A stretch of 38,777 nt of DNA from Peptococcaceae bacterium (lineage in GTDB: Bacteria > Bacillota > Peptococcia > DRI-13 > UBA5745): assembly GCA_031265035.1 (NCBI GenBank), contig JAISDE010000142.1, positions 1-38,777 on the forward strand, in the 5' to 3' direction. Shown piece after piece: positions 17,729-28,077 of the stretch. How positions within the stretch are numbered: the first letter of the stretch is position 1; each line of letters begins with the position of its first letter. Under the pieces are notes generated by a model, which was not told the DNA's origin, did not search any database, and saw nothing but the letters and a program-made list of their open reading frames with translations. A program made the position numbers and the translations under genes.

Positions 17729-18271
17729 CAGATAATCCGCCCGCCCAAGCCGGTAGAGATCGGCGCCCTGAGCGTCGATCACCACGGTGGCGGGAAAGTC
17801 CCTCACCGTCAGCCGTTGAACGGCCTCCGTCCCCAAATCCTCATAGCAAACCGGCTCCGCCGCGACGACACTGCCAGCGATCAGCGCCGCGCCGCCGCCC
17901 AAGGCGCCGAAATACACGGCGCCATATTTTTTCATGCTGTCAATCACCTGGGGGGAGCGCATCCCTTTGCCGATCATGCCCCGCAGCCCCGCCTCAATCA
18001 GCCTGGGGGCGTAAGCGTCCATGCGATAGCTGGTGGTGGGGCCGGCGGCGCCGATCACCCGCCCCGGCCGGGCGGGGCTTGGTCCAACGTAATAAATCAC
18101 GCTGTCCTGTAAATCAAAGGGGAAAGCCTCGCCTTTTTCCAGAACATCCGTCAGGCGGGCGTGAGCCGCGTCCCTGGCGGTATAAATGACGCCGTTGAGC
18201 AAGACCCTGTCCCCGGCCCGCAACTCAAGGGCGGCCTTTTTGGTCAGCGGCGCGCGCAGCCGAATATCCAT
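17717..18271 (-). CDS. Class I fumarate hydratase/tartrate dehydratase beta subunit
   Basis: TARDAAH, GPTTSYRMD, IGKG, DLGTEAV, DFP. Confidence 0.93.
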   Translation of the reverse strand: MDIRLRAPLTKKAALELRAGDRVLLNGVIYTARDAAHARLTDVLEKGEAFPFDLQDSVIYYVGPSPARPGRVIGAAGPTTSYRMDAYAPRLIEAGLRGMIGKGMRSPQVIDSMKKYGAVYFGALGGGAALIAGSVVAAEPVCYEDLGTEAVQRLTVRDFPATVVIDAQGADLYRLGRADYLRSL

Positions 18272-18285
18272 ACCTCATTCTCCTT

Positions 18286-19128
18286 CTACAGAACTACACT
18301 AACCCGGCGGGTCGCGTGGCAGCTGATGTTGACCGCCACCGGCAGCCCGGCGATATGGGTGGGCAGCGTCTCAATGCTGACGCCCAAGGCCGTGGTTTGC
18401 CCGCCAAAGCCCTGGGGCCCGATGCCCAGGCGATTGATTTTTTCCCACAGCTCTAGCTCCATCTCCCGGTAATAGGGATCGGGATGGGGCTCGTCCAGGC
18501 CCCGCAGCAGGGCCTTTTTGGCCAGCAGCGCCACCTGATCAAAGGAGCCGCCGATCCCCACGCCCACGACGATGGGCGGGCAGGGATTGGGACCGGCCAA
18601 GCTGACAGTCTCCACCACAAAATCCTTGACGCCGGCCGCCCCGGCGGCGGGGGTCAGCATCGCCAGGCGGCTCATATTTTCCGAGCCAAAGCCTTTGGGG
18701 GACAAGGTGATGGTCAGCCTGTCCCCCGGCACAATATCCGTATGGATCAGCGCCGGCGTATTGTCGCCGGTATTTTTACGCCGCAGGGGATCCGCCACCA
18801 CCGAGCGGCGCAGATAGCCCTGGGCGTAGCCCTGCCTTATCCCCTCGTGTACCGCCTCGTAAAGATCGCCCCCCACAATACGCGCGTCCTGGCCCAAAGC
18901 CAAAAAAACGCAAGCCATGCCAGTATCCTGGCACAACGGTATGGCCTCCCGCCGGGCGATGTCCATATTTTGGCACAACTTATCCAGAGTATCCCTGGCC
19001 GCCGGCCACGGCTCCCGCTCCCGGCACTCCCTGATCCGGCCCGCTATATCCTCGGGCAAAACCATATTGGCGCCGGCGCACATTTGACAAACGCTGGCCG
19101 TGACAGCGCCGCTGCTGATTTCCCGCAA
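18286..19128 (-). CDS. Class I fumarate hydratase/tartrate dehydratase alpha subunit
   Basis: CQDTG, YLRRSVV, NTGDN, KGFGSEN, NPCPP, GIGPQGFGG, THIA, CHATR. Confidence 0.93.
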   Translation of the reverse strand: MREISSGAVTASVCQMCAGANMVLPEDIAGRIRECREREPWPAARDTLDKLCQNMDIARREAIPLCQDTGMACVFLALGQDARIVGGDLYEAVHEGIRQGYAQGYLRRSVVADPLRRKNTGDNTPALIHTDIVPGDRLTITLSPKGFGSENMSRLAMLTPAAGAAGVKDFVVETVSLAGPNPCPPIVVGVGIGGSFDQVALLAKKALLRGLDEPHPDPYYREMELELWEKINRLGIGPQGFGGQTTALGVSIETLPTHIAGLPVAVNISCHATRRVSVVL

Positions 19129-19188
19129 AACCCGCTCCCCCTCTCTCGTTTATTACCCCTTAATTACCACATCAATTACCACTCAAAA

Positions 19189-19692
19189 TTACCACTCAAA
19201 CACCGACCCGTATGAGATATAAATGGATTTCAAAACGGATTTGCTCATCGCCGGTACCCGAAACTCTCTCACCCCGCAATTTAACGCCAGATAATTGAAT
19301 TCCGTCACAGTCACGGCAGTGTCGGAATCCCTCCTCAACCCAAACATGGGGAGAATGTCACTCATATATTTGTAGGGAAACTCCTCTAAGATAATTATCC
19401 GCTGAAGCGAGTCCTGATAATACTGATATAGATAAAGGACACCTTCATAACTCAGAGTTCGAATTGGGTATTTGCCGCCATTTTCCCCGCTGAAATCCCA
19501 TTCCACAATTTCCTGAGGCTCGCCAATTTTCGCTATCAATTCTTGCTCGGATAAAGTCTCGCCCGCCGCGTTTAAGAAATCTAAGGCGTCAAAGACCACC
19601 TCTACTTCCCTTTTCTCCAAGTACGTCGCCGCGTATACCCCGCAGGCGGACAGAATAGCCAGCCACAACAGAAAAATTTTGACAGGCCTCAT
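19189..19692 (-). CDS. Hypothetical exported protein
   Basis: AT-richer ORF; probable start MRPVKIFLLWLAILSAC looks like a signal peptide or lipobox. Confidence 0.6.
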   Translation of the reverse strand: MRPVKIFLLWLAILSACGVYAATYLEKREVEVVFDALDFLNAAGETLSEQELIAKIGEPQEIVEWDFSGENGGKYPIRTLSYEGVLYLYQYYQDSLQRIIILEEFPYKYMSDILPMFGLRRDSDTAVTVTEFNYLALNCGVREFRVPAMSKSVLKSIYISYGSVFEW

Positions 19693-19794
19693 TTCTCGCC
19701 AGCCCCTTTTTAATGAATCCATTAACATTTCAGCTAACATTTCAGCGTTTCAGCGTTTCGAGTCAATACTAGCACATTAGTGATGCCGTGTCTA

Positions 19795-19831
19795 CGCCCG
19801 CCAAACCGCGAGGCGTTTCTCCGCCGCCGGC
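19795..19831. repeat. Exact 37-bp intergenic copy of glycosyltransferase coding sequence
   Basis: CGCCCGCCAAACCGCGAGGCGTTTCTCCGCCGCCGGC is identical to 17514-17550. Confidence 0.95.
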
Positions 19832-19854
19832 CCGCGGCCATCCGGCTTAGGACC

Positions 19855-19946
19855 ATGATTATGATTTCTTGTGATTTCTTATGATTTCTTTATGATTATG
19901 ATTTATCTATGATTTATCTATGATTTACGCGCTGATTTATGCGCTG
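19855..19946. repeat. Degenerate ATGATTT(C/A)-type tandem repeat
   Basis: About 10 TGATT-cored units spaced 6-12 bp apart, upstream of the V-ATPase promoter. Confidence 0.85.
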
Positions 19947-20005
19947 TGGACAAAAGTGGATTTGTTTTTCGTATGAATAGGCAAATCATTCTTCCCCTCG
20001 TTCCC

Positions 20006-20034
20006 TTTACAAAAAAATCGGATAATGTTAAAAT
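20006..20034 (+). promoter_or_regulatory. Sigma-A promoter of the V-ATPase operon
   Basis: TTTACA, 17 bp, TAAAAT with TG extension. Confidence 0.6.
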
Positions 20035-20103
20035 AAATTATCCTCGTAAAAGCGCGGGCTAACGCGCCGATCAGGAAATTTCAGGGGTGAGGCAGGTGAA
20101 AAT

Positions 20104-20418
20104 ATGTCCTTAGAAGCGATCAAGACCATAGCCGCGGCCGAGTCCGACGGGGATAAGCGTCGGGCGGAGGCGCTGGCGGAGGCCAAGCGGATCAGCGCGG
20201 CGGCGGACGCCGCCGGCCGAGAAGCGGCGCTGGCGGCCAAAGCGGCGGCTGAGGCCGAGGCGCGGCGGCTGTGGCAGGAGGCGGAAGCCCAAGGCGAGGC
20301 GGAGGCCGCCCAAGTCGCCCGGGAGGCCGAGGCCGCCAGCCAGGCGTTGGCTGACGCCGCTTTGGCTCGCATGGATCGGGCGGTGGCGATTATTGTGGAA
20401 AGGGTAGTGAGCGGCTAA
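20104..20418 (+). CDS. V/A-type ATPase subunit G/H (peripheral stalk)
   Basis: Ala/Glu-rich coiled coil, first gene of the operon, overlaps subunit I. Confidence 0.8.
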   Translation: MSLEAIKTIAAAESDGDKRRAEALAEAKRISAAADAAGREAALAAKAAAEAEARRLWQEAEAQGEAEAAQVAREAEAASQALADAALARMDRAVAIIVERVVSG

Positions 20419-22376
20419 TGTCTATTGTTACTATGTCAAAACTGCGGGTCATCGCTCCCCTGCAAATCCGCCGCCCGCTATTGAAAGAGCTGACAGGCTT
20501 GGGCTGCGTTGAGTTGGGCGCTTCCGCCCAACGGCTCGCCGACCCGGAATGGGCGGGCAGTCTGGAAAAATTCAGCGAGGCCGGCGACGCGGATCGGCAG
20601 CTGGGCATTTTAGCCGCCGCCAGGGATTTGCTGGACAAGCACGCCCCCACCAAAAGCGGGTTTCTCTCCCCTCGTCGCCCGGTGACCGAGGCCGTTTTCT
20701 CGGACGACGCTTTGTGGGCGCAAGCCTTAGCCGGCGCCGGGCAAATCAACGACCTGGGCCGGCAGATCACCCTATGCTACGGCGAGGAAGGCCGGCTGAG
20801 CGTCAAAAGGGCCGCTCTCCTGCCTTGGCGGAGCTTGGAGGTTCCCCTGGATATCAAGGCGGGCAAGGCTTACCGGGCGCTGTTTGGGGTTTCCCCAGCC
20901 ACCGGCCCGCCGGCCCAGGAATTGATCGACGCCGCGGAGCAAAAGGCTTTCGCCGTTATGACCCTGCTCCACAGCGACCGGGAGCAAAATTATTACTTTC
21001 TCATCCTCCACAACGACGTCTACGACGAGGTAATGGATGAGCTCAAGGCTAAAGGTTTCACCCTCAGCGTCTTCAAGGATACGGAGGGCACCGCCGACAG
21101 CAATATCCTGCAACTGGAGCACCGGCTCAAGGAATTGGAGGATCAGCGCCAATCGCTGCTTGAGGGGATCAAGGCCCTGGCCGGCCAAAAACCTTTGATC
21201 GAGCAGGCTATGGACGCCCTGACCATCGAGAGCCAGCGGGATCAGGTCTTAAACAATCTGGCCGCCACCCGACAAACCCTGTTTTTGGAAGGCTGGACGC
21301 CCGCTCAAAGCGAGGGCGCTGTCAGTCAGGTGCTGGAGCGTTACGGCTGCGCTTACGGGTTCAGCCCGCCGGAGGAAGGCGACGATCCGCCGGTGTTGCT
21401 GGCGAACTCAAAGCTGGTCAGGCCCTTCGGCATGGTGACCGAGCTTTACGCCTTGCCGACCTACGAGAGCAAGCTGGATCCCAACCCCTTTATGGCGCCT
21501 TTTTTCTTTATCTTTTTCGGCCTCATGATGGGTGATATCGCCTATGGCGCCATTATCACGCTGGTTTGCTGGTACATACTGAAAAAAGCCAAGCCGCCGG
21601 AGGACGGCATGATGGGCCGCCTGATGAAGGTGGGGTTTTACTGCGGTATCTCCACGATCATCTGGGGGGCTTTTTTTGGCGGCTTTTTCGGCAATCTGAT
21701 CCCGTCTGTCTCAGGCGCTATGCTGGGCCATGAGGTATCCATTCGCCCGATTCTCTTTGACCCGATGGTGGATCCGATGAAGCTGTTCATTCTCGCGCTG
21801 GTTTTCGGCTTCATTCAGGTCATCCTGGGCCTGTGCCTCAACGCCTACAAGATGATCCTCCAAGGCGACCCCCTGGGCGCCGTCTTTGACGTGGGTTTTT
21901 GGCTCCTGATCCTGATCGGCGTGCCTCTGTGCCTGGTGGCTGTGCCGGTGGGCCTGGGCTTTATGGCCGCGGGCGCCCTGGGTGTGTTGTGTACCGCCGG
22001 TCGAGCCAAGCCCGGCCTTTTCGGCAAGATCACCGAGGGCTTGGGCGCCTTGTACGGCATCACCGGCTATCTGTCCGATATTTTGTCTTATTCCCGTCTG
22101 TTAGCCCTGAGCCTGGGCACCGCCGTCATCGCCCAGGTCATGAATACTATGGGCACACTGGCCGGCGGCACTTTGGTAGGCTGGCTGCTTTTCATCATTG
22201 TGTTTATTGTGGGCCATGTGTTTAACGTAGCGATCAATCTTATAGGCACTTACGTTCACACCAGCCGCCTGCAGTACATCGAGTTTTTCGGCAAATTTTT
22301 TGATTCCGGCGGGCGGCCTTTTTCCCCGCTGTTCAATAAAACAAAATATGTGGAGATTATTAAGGAGGGTAAATAA
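20418..22376 (+). CDS. ntpI: V/A-type ATPase subunit I
   Basis: LEGW, DPNP..FFGLMMGD.AYG, DILSYSRLLAL, HTSRLQYIEFF.KF. Confidence 0.95.
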   Translation: MSIVTMSKLRVIAPLQIRRPLLKELTGLGCVELGASAQRLADPEWAGSLEKFSEAGDADRQLGILAAARDLLDKHAPTKSGFLSPRRPVTEAVFSDDALWAQALAGAGQINDLGRQITLCYGEEGRLSVKRAALLPWRSLEVPLDIKAGKAYRALFGVSPATGPPAQELIDAAEQKAFAVMTLLHSDREQNYYFLILHNDVYDEVMDELKAKGFTLSVFKDTEGTADSNILQLEHRLKELEDQRQSLLEGIKALAGQKPLIEQAMDALTIESQRDQVLNNLAATRQTLFLEGWTPAQSEGAVSQVLERYGCAYGFSPPEEGDDPPVLLANSKLVRPFGMVTELYALPTYESKLDPNPFMAPFFFIFFGLMMGDIAYGAIITLVCWYILKKAKPPEDGMMGRLMKVGFYCGISTIIWGAFFGGFFGNLIPSVSGAMLGHEVSIRPILFDPMVDPMKLFILALVFGFIQVILGLCLNAYKMILQGDPLGAVFDVGFWLLILIGVPLCLVAVPVGLGFMAAGALGVLCTAGRAKPGLFGKITEGLGALYGITGYLSDILSYSRLLALSLGTAVIAQVMNTMGTLAGGTLVGWLLFIIVFIVGHVFNVAINLIGTYVHTSRLQYIEFFGKFFDSGGRPFSPLFNKTKYVEIIKEGK

Positions 22377-22378
22377 TT

Positions 22379-22870
22379 ATGGAATGGATCTCTAATCTTT
22401 TCAGTGGTACTGCTTTAGCTTTATTGGGCGCCGTATTAGCGACTTTTCTGGCCGGTACCGGTTCCGCCAAGGGCGTGGGTATCGCCGGTGAGGCCGCGGC
22501 CGGCGTATTGACTGAGGATCCCGGCAAGTTTGGCCAGACCCTGCTCTTACAGGCTCTCCCCGGTACCCAGGGCATCTACGGCTTTATCATCGCCTTTTTG
22601 ATTCTTCTAAAAATCGGTATTATTGGCGGCAATCCTGTGGCTATATCCACCGGCACCGGTTTCCAGCTTCTTCTTGCCTCCCTGCCCATAAGCATCGTCG
22701 GCCTGACCTCCGGTATCGCCCAGGGACGGGCTTCCGCCGCTTGCATGGGCGTTATAGCCAAGCGGCCCGAGGAAATCGGTAAAGCGATGATGTACCCCGC
22801 CATGGTAGAAACCTACGCCGTGCTCTCCCTGCTGATCTCCTTCCTGATGTGGATGGGTATCAACGTATGA
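22379..22870 (+). CDS. ntpK: V/A-type ATPase subunit K (4-TM proteolipid, Na+-type)
   Basis: GSAKGVG, LPGTQGIYG, SGIAQG, MVETYA. Confidence 0.95.
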   Translation: MEWISNLFSGTALALLGAVLATFLAGTGSAKGVGIAGEAAAGVLTEDPGKFGQTLLLQALPGTQGIYGFIIAFLILLKIGIIGGNPVAISTGTGFQLLLASLPISIVGLTSGIAQGRASAACMGVIAKRPEEIGKAMMYPAMVETYAVLSLLISFLMWMGINV

Positions 22871-22933
22871 CGGCAAGCAGGTTCCATTGGGGAACCCCAC
22901 AGGTAACCACGACGAAAGGGGGGATCACCGCGG

Positions 22934-23533
22934 ATGAACGGGATTGACGCCATCGCCGGCAAAATCACCGGCGACGCCCAGCGGGAGGCGGAGTCTATCT
23001 TAGCGGCGGCCAGGGACGAGGCCCGGGCCATCGGGGAGAAATACGAGGCGCAAGCCAGGGTCGAGGCGGAAAAGATCAAGATCGCCGGCGAGGAACAGGC
23101 CAAAGAGATCCGGCGTCGGGCCGCTTTCGCCGCCGAGCAGGATGCCAAGCGCCAGCTGCTGGGCGCCAAGCAGCGGCTGATCGCCCAGGCCTTTGACGGG
23201 GCTTTGGCGAAGCTGCTGGCCCTGCCGGAAAACGAGTACGTGAGCCTGTTGGCCCGTCTGGCCGCCCAGGCCGCCGACCGGGGCGACGAGGAAATCGTCA
23301 TGTCTCCCAAAGAAAAGGAGACCCGGGGCCGTCAGGTGACCGAGGAGGCCAATCGCCTGCTGGCCAAGGCCGGCAAGCGGGCTGGCCTGAAGCTGTCGTC
23401 GGAGAGCCGGGCCTTTGCCGGCGGGCTGGTGCTGAAGGCCGGCGATGTGGAAGTCAACTGCGCCCTGGATACTATTTTGCGCCTGTCTAAGGACGATCTG
23501 GCCCTGGACGTGGCGGCGGCGTTGTTCGCCTGA
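22934..23533 (+). CDS. ntpE: V/A-type ATPase subunit E
   Basis: N-terminal coiled coil, GGLVL..GDVEVN; operon position. Confidence 0.9.
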   Translation: MNGIDAIAGKITGDAQREAESILAAARDEARAIGEKYEAQARVEAEKIKIAGEEQAKEIRRRAAFAAEQDAKRQLLGAKQRLIAQAFDGALAKLLALPENEYVSLLARLAAQAADRGDEEIVMSPKEKETRGRQVTEEANRLLAKAGKRAGLKLSSESRAFAGGLVLKAGDVEVNCALDTILRLSKDDLALDVAAALFA

Positions 23534-23553
23534 GCGGAAAGGAGGGGCGTAAT

Positions 23554-24558
23554 TTGACGGGAAGCAAAATCAAGGACACCGATTACCTTTATGCCAGCGC
23601 GCGGGTCAAGAGCCTGGAGCGGGGCCTCCTTTCCCGGGAGCGGCTGGAGCGAATGAGTGAGGCCAAGACCATCGAGGACGCCTTAAAGCTTCTGAGCGAG
23701 ACCGGCTGGCCGGAGATCGCGGCCCCCGGCATGGCCGGGGTGGAAGACGCCCTGAGCGGGCGCCGGGAGGAAGCCTTCACCCTGATCCGCTCTTTGGCGC
23801 CGGACAAACGGCTGCCGGACGTGTTTTTGATCAAATATGATTACCATAATCTCAAGACCCTGCTGAAAAGCGAGGCCACCGGGGAAAACCCCGACCCGCT
23901 GCTGATTGGGGCTGGGCGGTTGCCCTGCCCCGAGTTGAAGGCGGCATTGCGGGAAGAAGATTTTTCCGGCCTGGGCCAAATCATGGCCCAAAGCGCGGCC
24001 GAGGCCAGGGATGTGCTGGCCAGGACTCAGGATCCCCAGCTGCTTGATCTGATTTTGGACAGGGCCATGCATGAGGAAATGCTGGAGATGGCCGCGAGTC
24101 TGGGTTCCGACTATCTCCTGGGCTACGTTCGACTGCTGATCGACAGTGTCAATCTGCGGGTGGCCGTCCGCCTGCGGCGGATGGGCAAGGGCGCGGAAAT
24201 ATTACGTTATGCCGCGATCGGCGGCGGTACCGTGTCGATCACCCGCCTTTTGGGCGACCTTAGCCCGGACGTGATCGAGAGCGTCTTCAACACCTCGGCG
24301 CTGGCGCCCGCGGCCCAGGCCGGCGTCGCCGCCCTCCGGGGCGAGAGCGGCCTGGCGGCCATGGATCTGGCTTGTGACGATATCCTGCTGCGCTACCTGA
24401 AAAAGGCCAAATATGTAGCCTTTGGCGCCGAGCCGCTGATTGGCTATCTGGGCGCGGTAGAGGCGGAGTTGACAGCGGTGCGCACGGTGATGGCCGGCCG
24501 TTTGGCGGAGTTGAGCCCTGAGATGATTACGGAAAGGCTGAGGGAAACGTATGTATAA
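23554..24558 (+). CDS. ntpC: V/A-type ATPase subunit C
   Basis: YASARVKSLE..LL, YDYHNLK, IDSVNL, FGAEPLIGY, ERLRETYV. Confidence 0.92.
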   Translation: MTGSKIKDTDYLYASARVKSLERGLLSRERLERMSEAKTIEDALKLLSETGWPEIAAPGMAGVEDALSGRREEAFTLIRSLAPDKRLPDVFLIKYDYHNLKTLLKSEATGENPDPLLIGAGRLPCPELKAALREEDFSGLGQIMAQSAAEARDVLARTQDPQLLDLILDRAMHEEMLEMAASLGSDYLLGYVRLLIDSVNLRVAVRLRRMGKGAEILRYAAIGGGTVSITRLLGDLSPDVIESVFNTSALAPAAQAGVAALRGESGLAAMDLACDDILLRYLKKAKYVAFGAEPLIGYLGAVEAELTAVRTVMAGRLAELSPEMITERLRETYV

Positions 24559-24868
24559 GATTGCCGTCGTCGGCGACCGGGACAGCACCCTCGGCTTCAA
24601 AGCCCTGGGCCTGGACACGGTTTTCGCCGACAGCCCCGAGGAGGCCCGGGGAGCGATCCACCGCCTGGCGGCGGAGGACTGCGCCGTGATTTATCTGACG
24701 GAGCAGCTGGCCCAAAGCCTCACCCCGGAACTAGACCGTTACACCAACGCCCAGCGGCCGGCCATTATCCTCATCCCCGGCAAAGCCGGCTCTTTGGGCA
24801 TCGGGATAGAAAATATCAATAAGGCGGTAGAGAAAGCCGTCGGCTCCAATATCCTGAAAAATGAGTAA
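24551..24868 (+). CDS. ntpG: V/A-type ATPase subunit F (NtpG in Enterococcus naming)
   Basis: KIAVVGDRDSTLGFKALG, PAIILIP, VEKAVG. Confidence 0.93.
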   Translation: MYKIAVVGDRDSTLGFKALGLDTVFADSPEEARGAIHRLAAEDCAVIYLTEQLAQSLTPELDRYTNAQRPAIILIPGKAGSLGIGIENINKAVEKAVGSNILKNE

Positions 24869-24916
24869 GGCGCCGTAACGCTTATTCTTAAACCATGAAA
24901 GCAGGTAGATGATATT

Positions 24917-26692
24917 ATGGAAACAGGCAAAATCTTGAAGGTCGCCGGTCCGCTGATCACTGCCACAGGGCTCAAGGACGCCAACATGTTTGACGTGGTG
25001 CATGTAGGCGGCCAAAAGCTGATCGGCGAGATCCTGGAGATGCGGGGCGATCAGGCTTCCATCCAGGTTTACGAGGAAACCGCCGGCGTCGGTCCGGGAG
25101 ACGTGGTGGTGACCACCGGGGCGCCTTTATCCGTGGAATTGGGTCCCGGCATGATTGAGACCATTTACGACGGCATCCAGCGCCCGCTGGAGGCTATCCG
25201 GGAATTGGTGGGTCCCAGCATCACCAGGGGCATTCAGGTGCCCCCCATCAGCTATACCAAGCAGTGGGATTTTCAGCCGGTGGTCAAAGCCGGCGACAAG
25301 GTAATCGGCGGCGACTTCCTGGGCGAGGTGCGGGAAACCCCCGTCGTACTCCACAAAATTATGGTGCCGCCGGGGATCGAGGGCGCGGTAAAAGAGATCA
25401 AGGCCGGCAGCTTCACCGTCAAGGATACGGTGGCGACGCTGACCCTGGCCGACGGCAGCGAGAAAGCGCTGACCATGGCGCAAAAATGGCCGGTGCGGCG
25501 GGGCAGGCCCTACAAGGAGAAGCTGCCCCCCAATACGCCCATGATGACCGGGCAGCGGATTATCGATACCTTATTCCCCATCGCCAAAGGCGGCACCGCC
25601 GCCGTGCCCGGCCCCTTCGGCTCCGGCAAGACCGTGGTGCAGCACCAGCTGGCCAAGTGGTCCGACGTGGAGATCGTGGTCTACATCGGCTGCGGCGAGC
25701 GGGGCAACGAGATGACTGACGTGCTGCGGGAATTTCCCGAGCTGAAAGACCCCCGCACCGGCGAGAGCCTGATGAAGCGCACCGTCCTGATCGCCAACAC
25801 CTCCGACATGCCGGTGGCCGCCCGGGAGGCTTCCGTTTATACCGGCATCACCATCGCCGAGTATTTCCGGGATATGGGTTACTCCGTGGCGGTTATCGCC
25901 GACTCCACCTCCCGTTGGGCCGAGGCGCTGCGGGAAATGTCCGGCCGCCTGGAGGAAATGCCCGGCGAGGAAGGTTATCCGGCTTATCTGGCCTCCCGTA
26001 TGGCCCAGTTTTACGAGCGAGCCGGCTATGTGCGCTGCCTGGGCAGCGATGATCGCCGGGCCGCCCTGTCCGCCATCGGCGCCGTCTCCCCGCCTGGCGG
26101 CGATATCTCGGAGCCGGTGTCTCAGGCCACCTTGCGGATCGTGAAGGTATTCTGGGGTCTGGACGCCAATTTGGCTTACGCCCGCCATTTTCCCGCCATC
26201 AACTGGCTCAATAGCTATTCCCTGTACGAGGATCGGCTGGCGGAGTGGCTCAACGAGAATATTCACCCGGATTTCATGGCCCAGCGGGGCGAGACGATGA
26301 ATATATTGCAGTTGGAAAGCGAACTGAACGAGATCGTCCGCCTGGTGGGTATCGACGCCCTGTCGGCCCAGGATCGGCTGACCATGGAGACGGCCCGGAT
26401 GATCCGGGAGGACTTCCTGCAACAAAACGCCTTTGTGGACACCGACGCCTACACCTCCTTCAACAAGCAATTCGCCTTGCTGCGAATGATCCTGACTTAT
26501 CAGAGCCTGGGCAAAGAGGCTTTGAGCGCCGGCGCCGCCATGGACAAGCTGTTCGCCGTAGCGGCCAGGGACAAGATCAGCCGGGCCAAGGACATCAGCC
26601 AGGAGGAGTATGAGGCGGCCTACGCGGCCATCACCGAGGAAATGACCGCCCAGATCAAGGCCATCACCGAAGAAGGAGGCGACCAGCAGTGA
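24917..26692 (+). CDS. ntpA: V/A-type ATPase catalytic subunit A
   Basis: Walker [36 protein letters not shown]. Confidence 0.97.
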   Translation: METGKILKVAGPLITATGLKDANMFDVVHVGGQKLIGEILEMRGDQASIQVYEETAGVGPGDVVVTTGAPLSVELGPGMIETIYDGIQRPLEAIRELVGPSITRGIQVPPISYTKQWDFQPVVKAGDKVIGGDFLGEVRETPVVLHKIMVPPGIEGAVKEIKAGSFTVKDTVATLTLADGSEKALTMAQKWPVRRGRPYKEKLPPNTPMMTGQRIIDTLFPIAKGGTAAVPGPFGSGKTVVQHQLAKWSDVEIVVYIGCGERGNEMTDVLREFPELKDPRTGESLMKRTVLIANTSDMPVAAREASVYTGITIAEYFRDMGYSVAVIADSTSRWAEALREMSGRLEEMPGEEGYPAYLASRMAQFYERAGYVRCLGSDDRRAALSAIGAVSPPGGDISEPVSQATLRIVKVFWGLDANLAYARHFPAINWLNSYSLYEDRLAEWLNENIHPDFMAQRGETMNILQLESELNEIVRLVGIDALSAQDRLTMETARMIREDFLQQNAFVDTDAYTSFNKQFALLRMILTYQSLGKEALSAGAAMDKLFAVAARDKISRAKDISQEEYEAAYAAITEEMTAQIKAITEEGGDQQ

Positions 26693-28065
26693 TTAAAGAA
26701 TATCGTACCATCCAGGAAGTCGCCGGCCCGCTGATGCTGATCCGGGATGTGGACAATGTCACCTATGACGAGCTGGGCGAGATCCAGCTGCAAAACGGCG
26801 AGACCCGCCGCTGCAAGGTGCTGGAGATCAATGGCAGCAACGCCATGGTGCAGTTGTTTGAAAGTTCCGCCGGCATCAATCTGGCCGGCTCCAAAGTGCG
26901 CTTTTTAGGCCACGGCATCGAGTTGGCGGTATCCGCCGATATGCTGGGCCGGGTATTTGACGGCATGGGCAACCCCATCGACGGCGGCCCGGAGATTTTG
27001 GCGGAAAAAAAGCTGGACATCAACGGCTTGCCCACCAACCCGGCGGCCCGGGACTATCCCAACGAGTTTATCCAGACCGGTATCTCGGCTATCGACGGCC
27101 TCAATACCCTGGTGCGGGGCCAAAAGCTGCCGGTATTTTCCGGCTCCGGCCTGCCCCACGCCAACTTGGGCGCCCAAATCGCCCGCCAGTCTAAGGTGCT
27201 GACCGGCGACGCCAAATTCGCCGTGGTTTTCGCCGCCGTGGGCATCACCTTTGAGGAAGCGGACTTCTTTATCTCCGACTTCAAGCGCACCGGCGCCATC
27301 GAGCGCACCGTGCTCTTTATGAACCTGGCCAACGACCCGGCCATCGAGCGTATCGCCACCCCCCGCATGGCCCTGACCGCCGCCGAGTATCTGGCCTACG
27401 AAAAAGGGATGCAGGTGCTGGTAATCATCACCGATATCACCAATTACGCCGAGGCCCTGCGGGAGGTATCCGCCGCCCGCAAGGAAGTGCCCGGCCGCCG
27501 GGGCTACCCCGGCTATCTCTACACCGACCTGGCCACCATGTACGAGCGGGCCGGCCGCCGTCTGGGCAACGAGGGTTCCATCACCATGATCCCCATCCTG
27601 TCCATGCCGGAAGACGACAAGACCCACCCCATCCCCGACCTGACCGGCTATATCACCGAGGGCCAGATCATCCTGTCCCGGGAGCTGTACCGCAAGGGGC
27701 TGACGCCGCCCGTCGACGTGCTGCCCTCTCTCTCCCGCCTGAAGGACAAAGGCACCGGCGCCGGCAAGACCCGGGAGGATCACGCCAGCACCATGAACCA
27801 GCTGTTCGCCGCCTACGCCAAGGGCAAGGACGCCAAAGAGCTGATGACCATCCTGGGCGAGGCGGCCCTGACGGAAGTGGACAAAAAATACGCCCTTTTC
27901 TCGGACGAGTTTGAGAAAAGATACGTGTCCCAAGGCTATGAGACCAACCGCTCCATTGAGGAAACCCTGGATTTGGGCTGGGAATTGCTGACTATCCTGC
28001 CGAAAAACGAGTTGAAGCGGATCAAGCCGGATATGATCGAAAAATACTGGCCCATCAAAGAATAA
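26689..28065 (+). CDS. ntpB: V/A-type ATPase subunit B
   Basis: [42 protein letters not shown]. Confidence 0.97.
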   Translation: MIKEYRTIQEVAGPLMLIRDVDNVTYDELGEIQLQNGETRRCKVLEINGSNAMVQLFESSAGINLAGSKVRFLGHGIELAVSADMLGRVFDGMGNPIDGGPEILAEKKLDINGLPTNPAARDYPNEFIQTGISAIDGLNTLVRGQKLPVFSGSGLPHANLGAQIARQSKVLTGDAKFAVVFAAVGITFEEADFFISDFKRTGAIERTVLFMNLANDPAIERIATPRMALTAAEYLAYEKGMQVLVIITDITNYAEALREVSAARKEVPGRRGYPGYLYTDLATMYERAGRRLGNEGSITMIPILSMPEDDKTHPIPDLTGYITEGQIILSRELYRKGLTPPVDVLPSLSRLKDKGTGAGKTREDHASTMNQLFAAYAKGKDAKELMTILGEAALTEVDKKYALFSDEFEKRYVSQGYETNRSIEETLDLGWELLTILPKNELKRIKPDMIEKYWPIKE

Positions 28066-28077
28066 GGAGGGGTTGCT

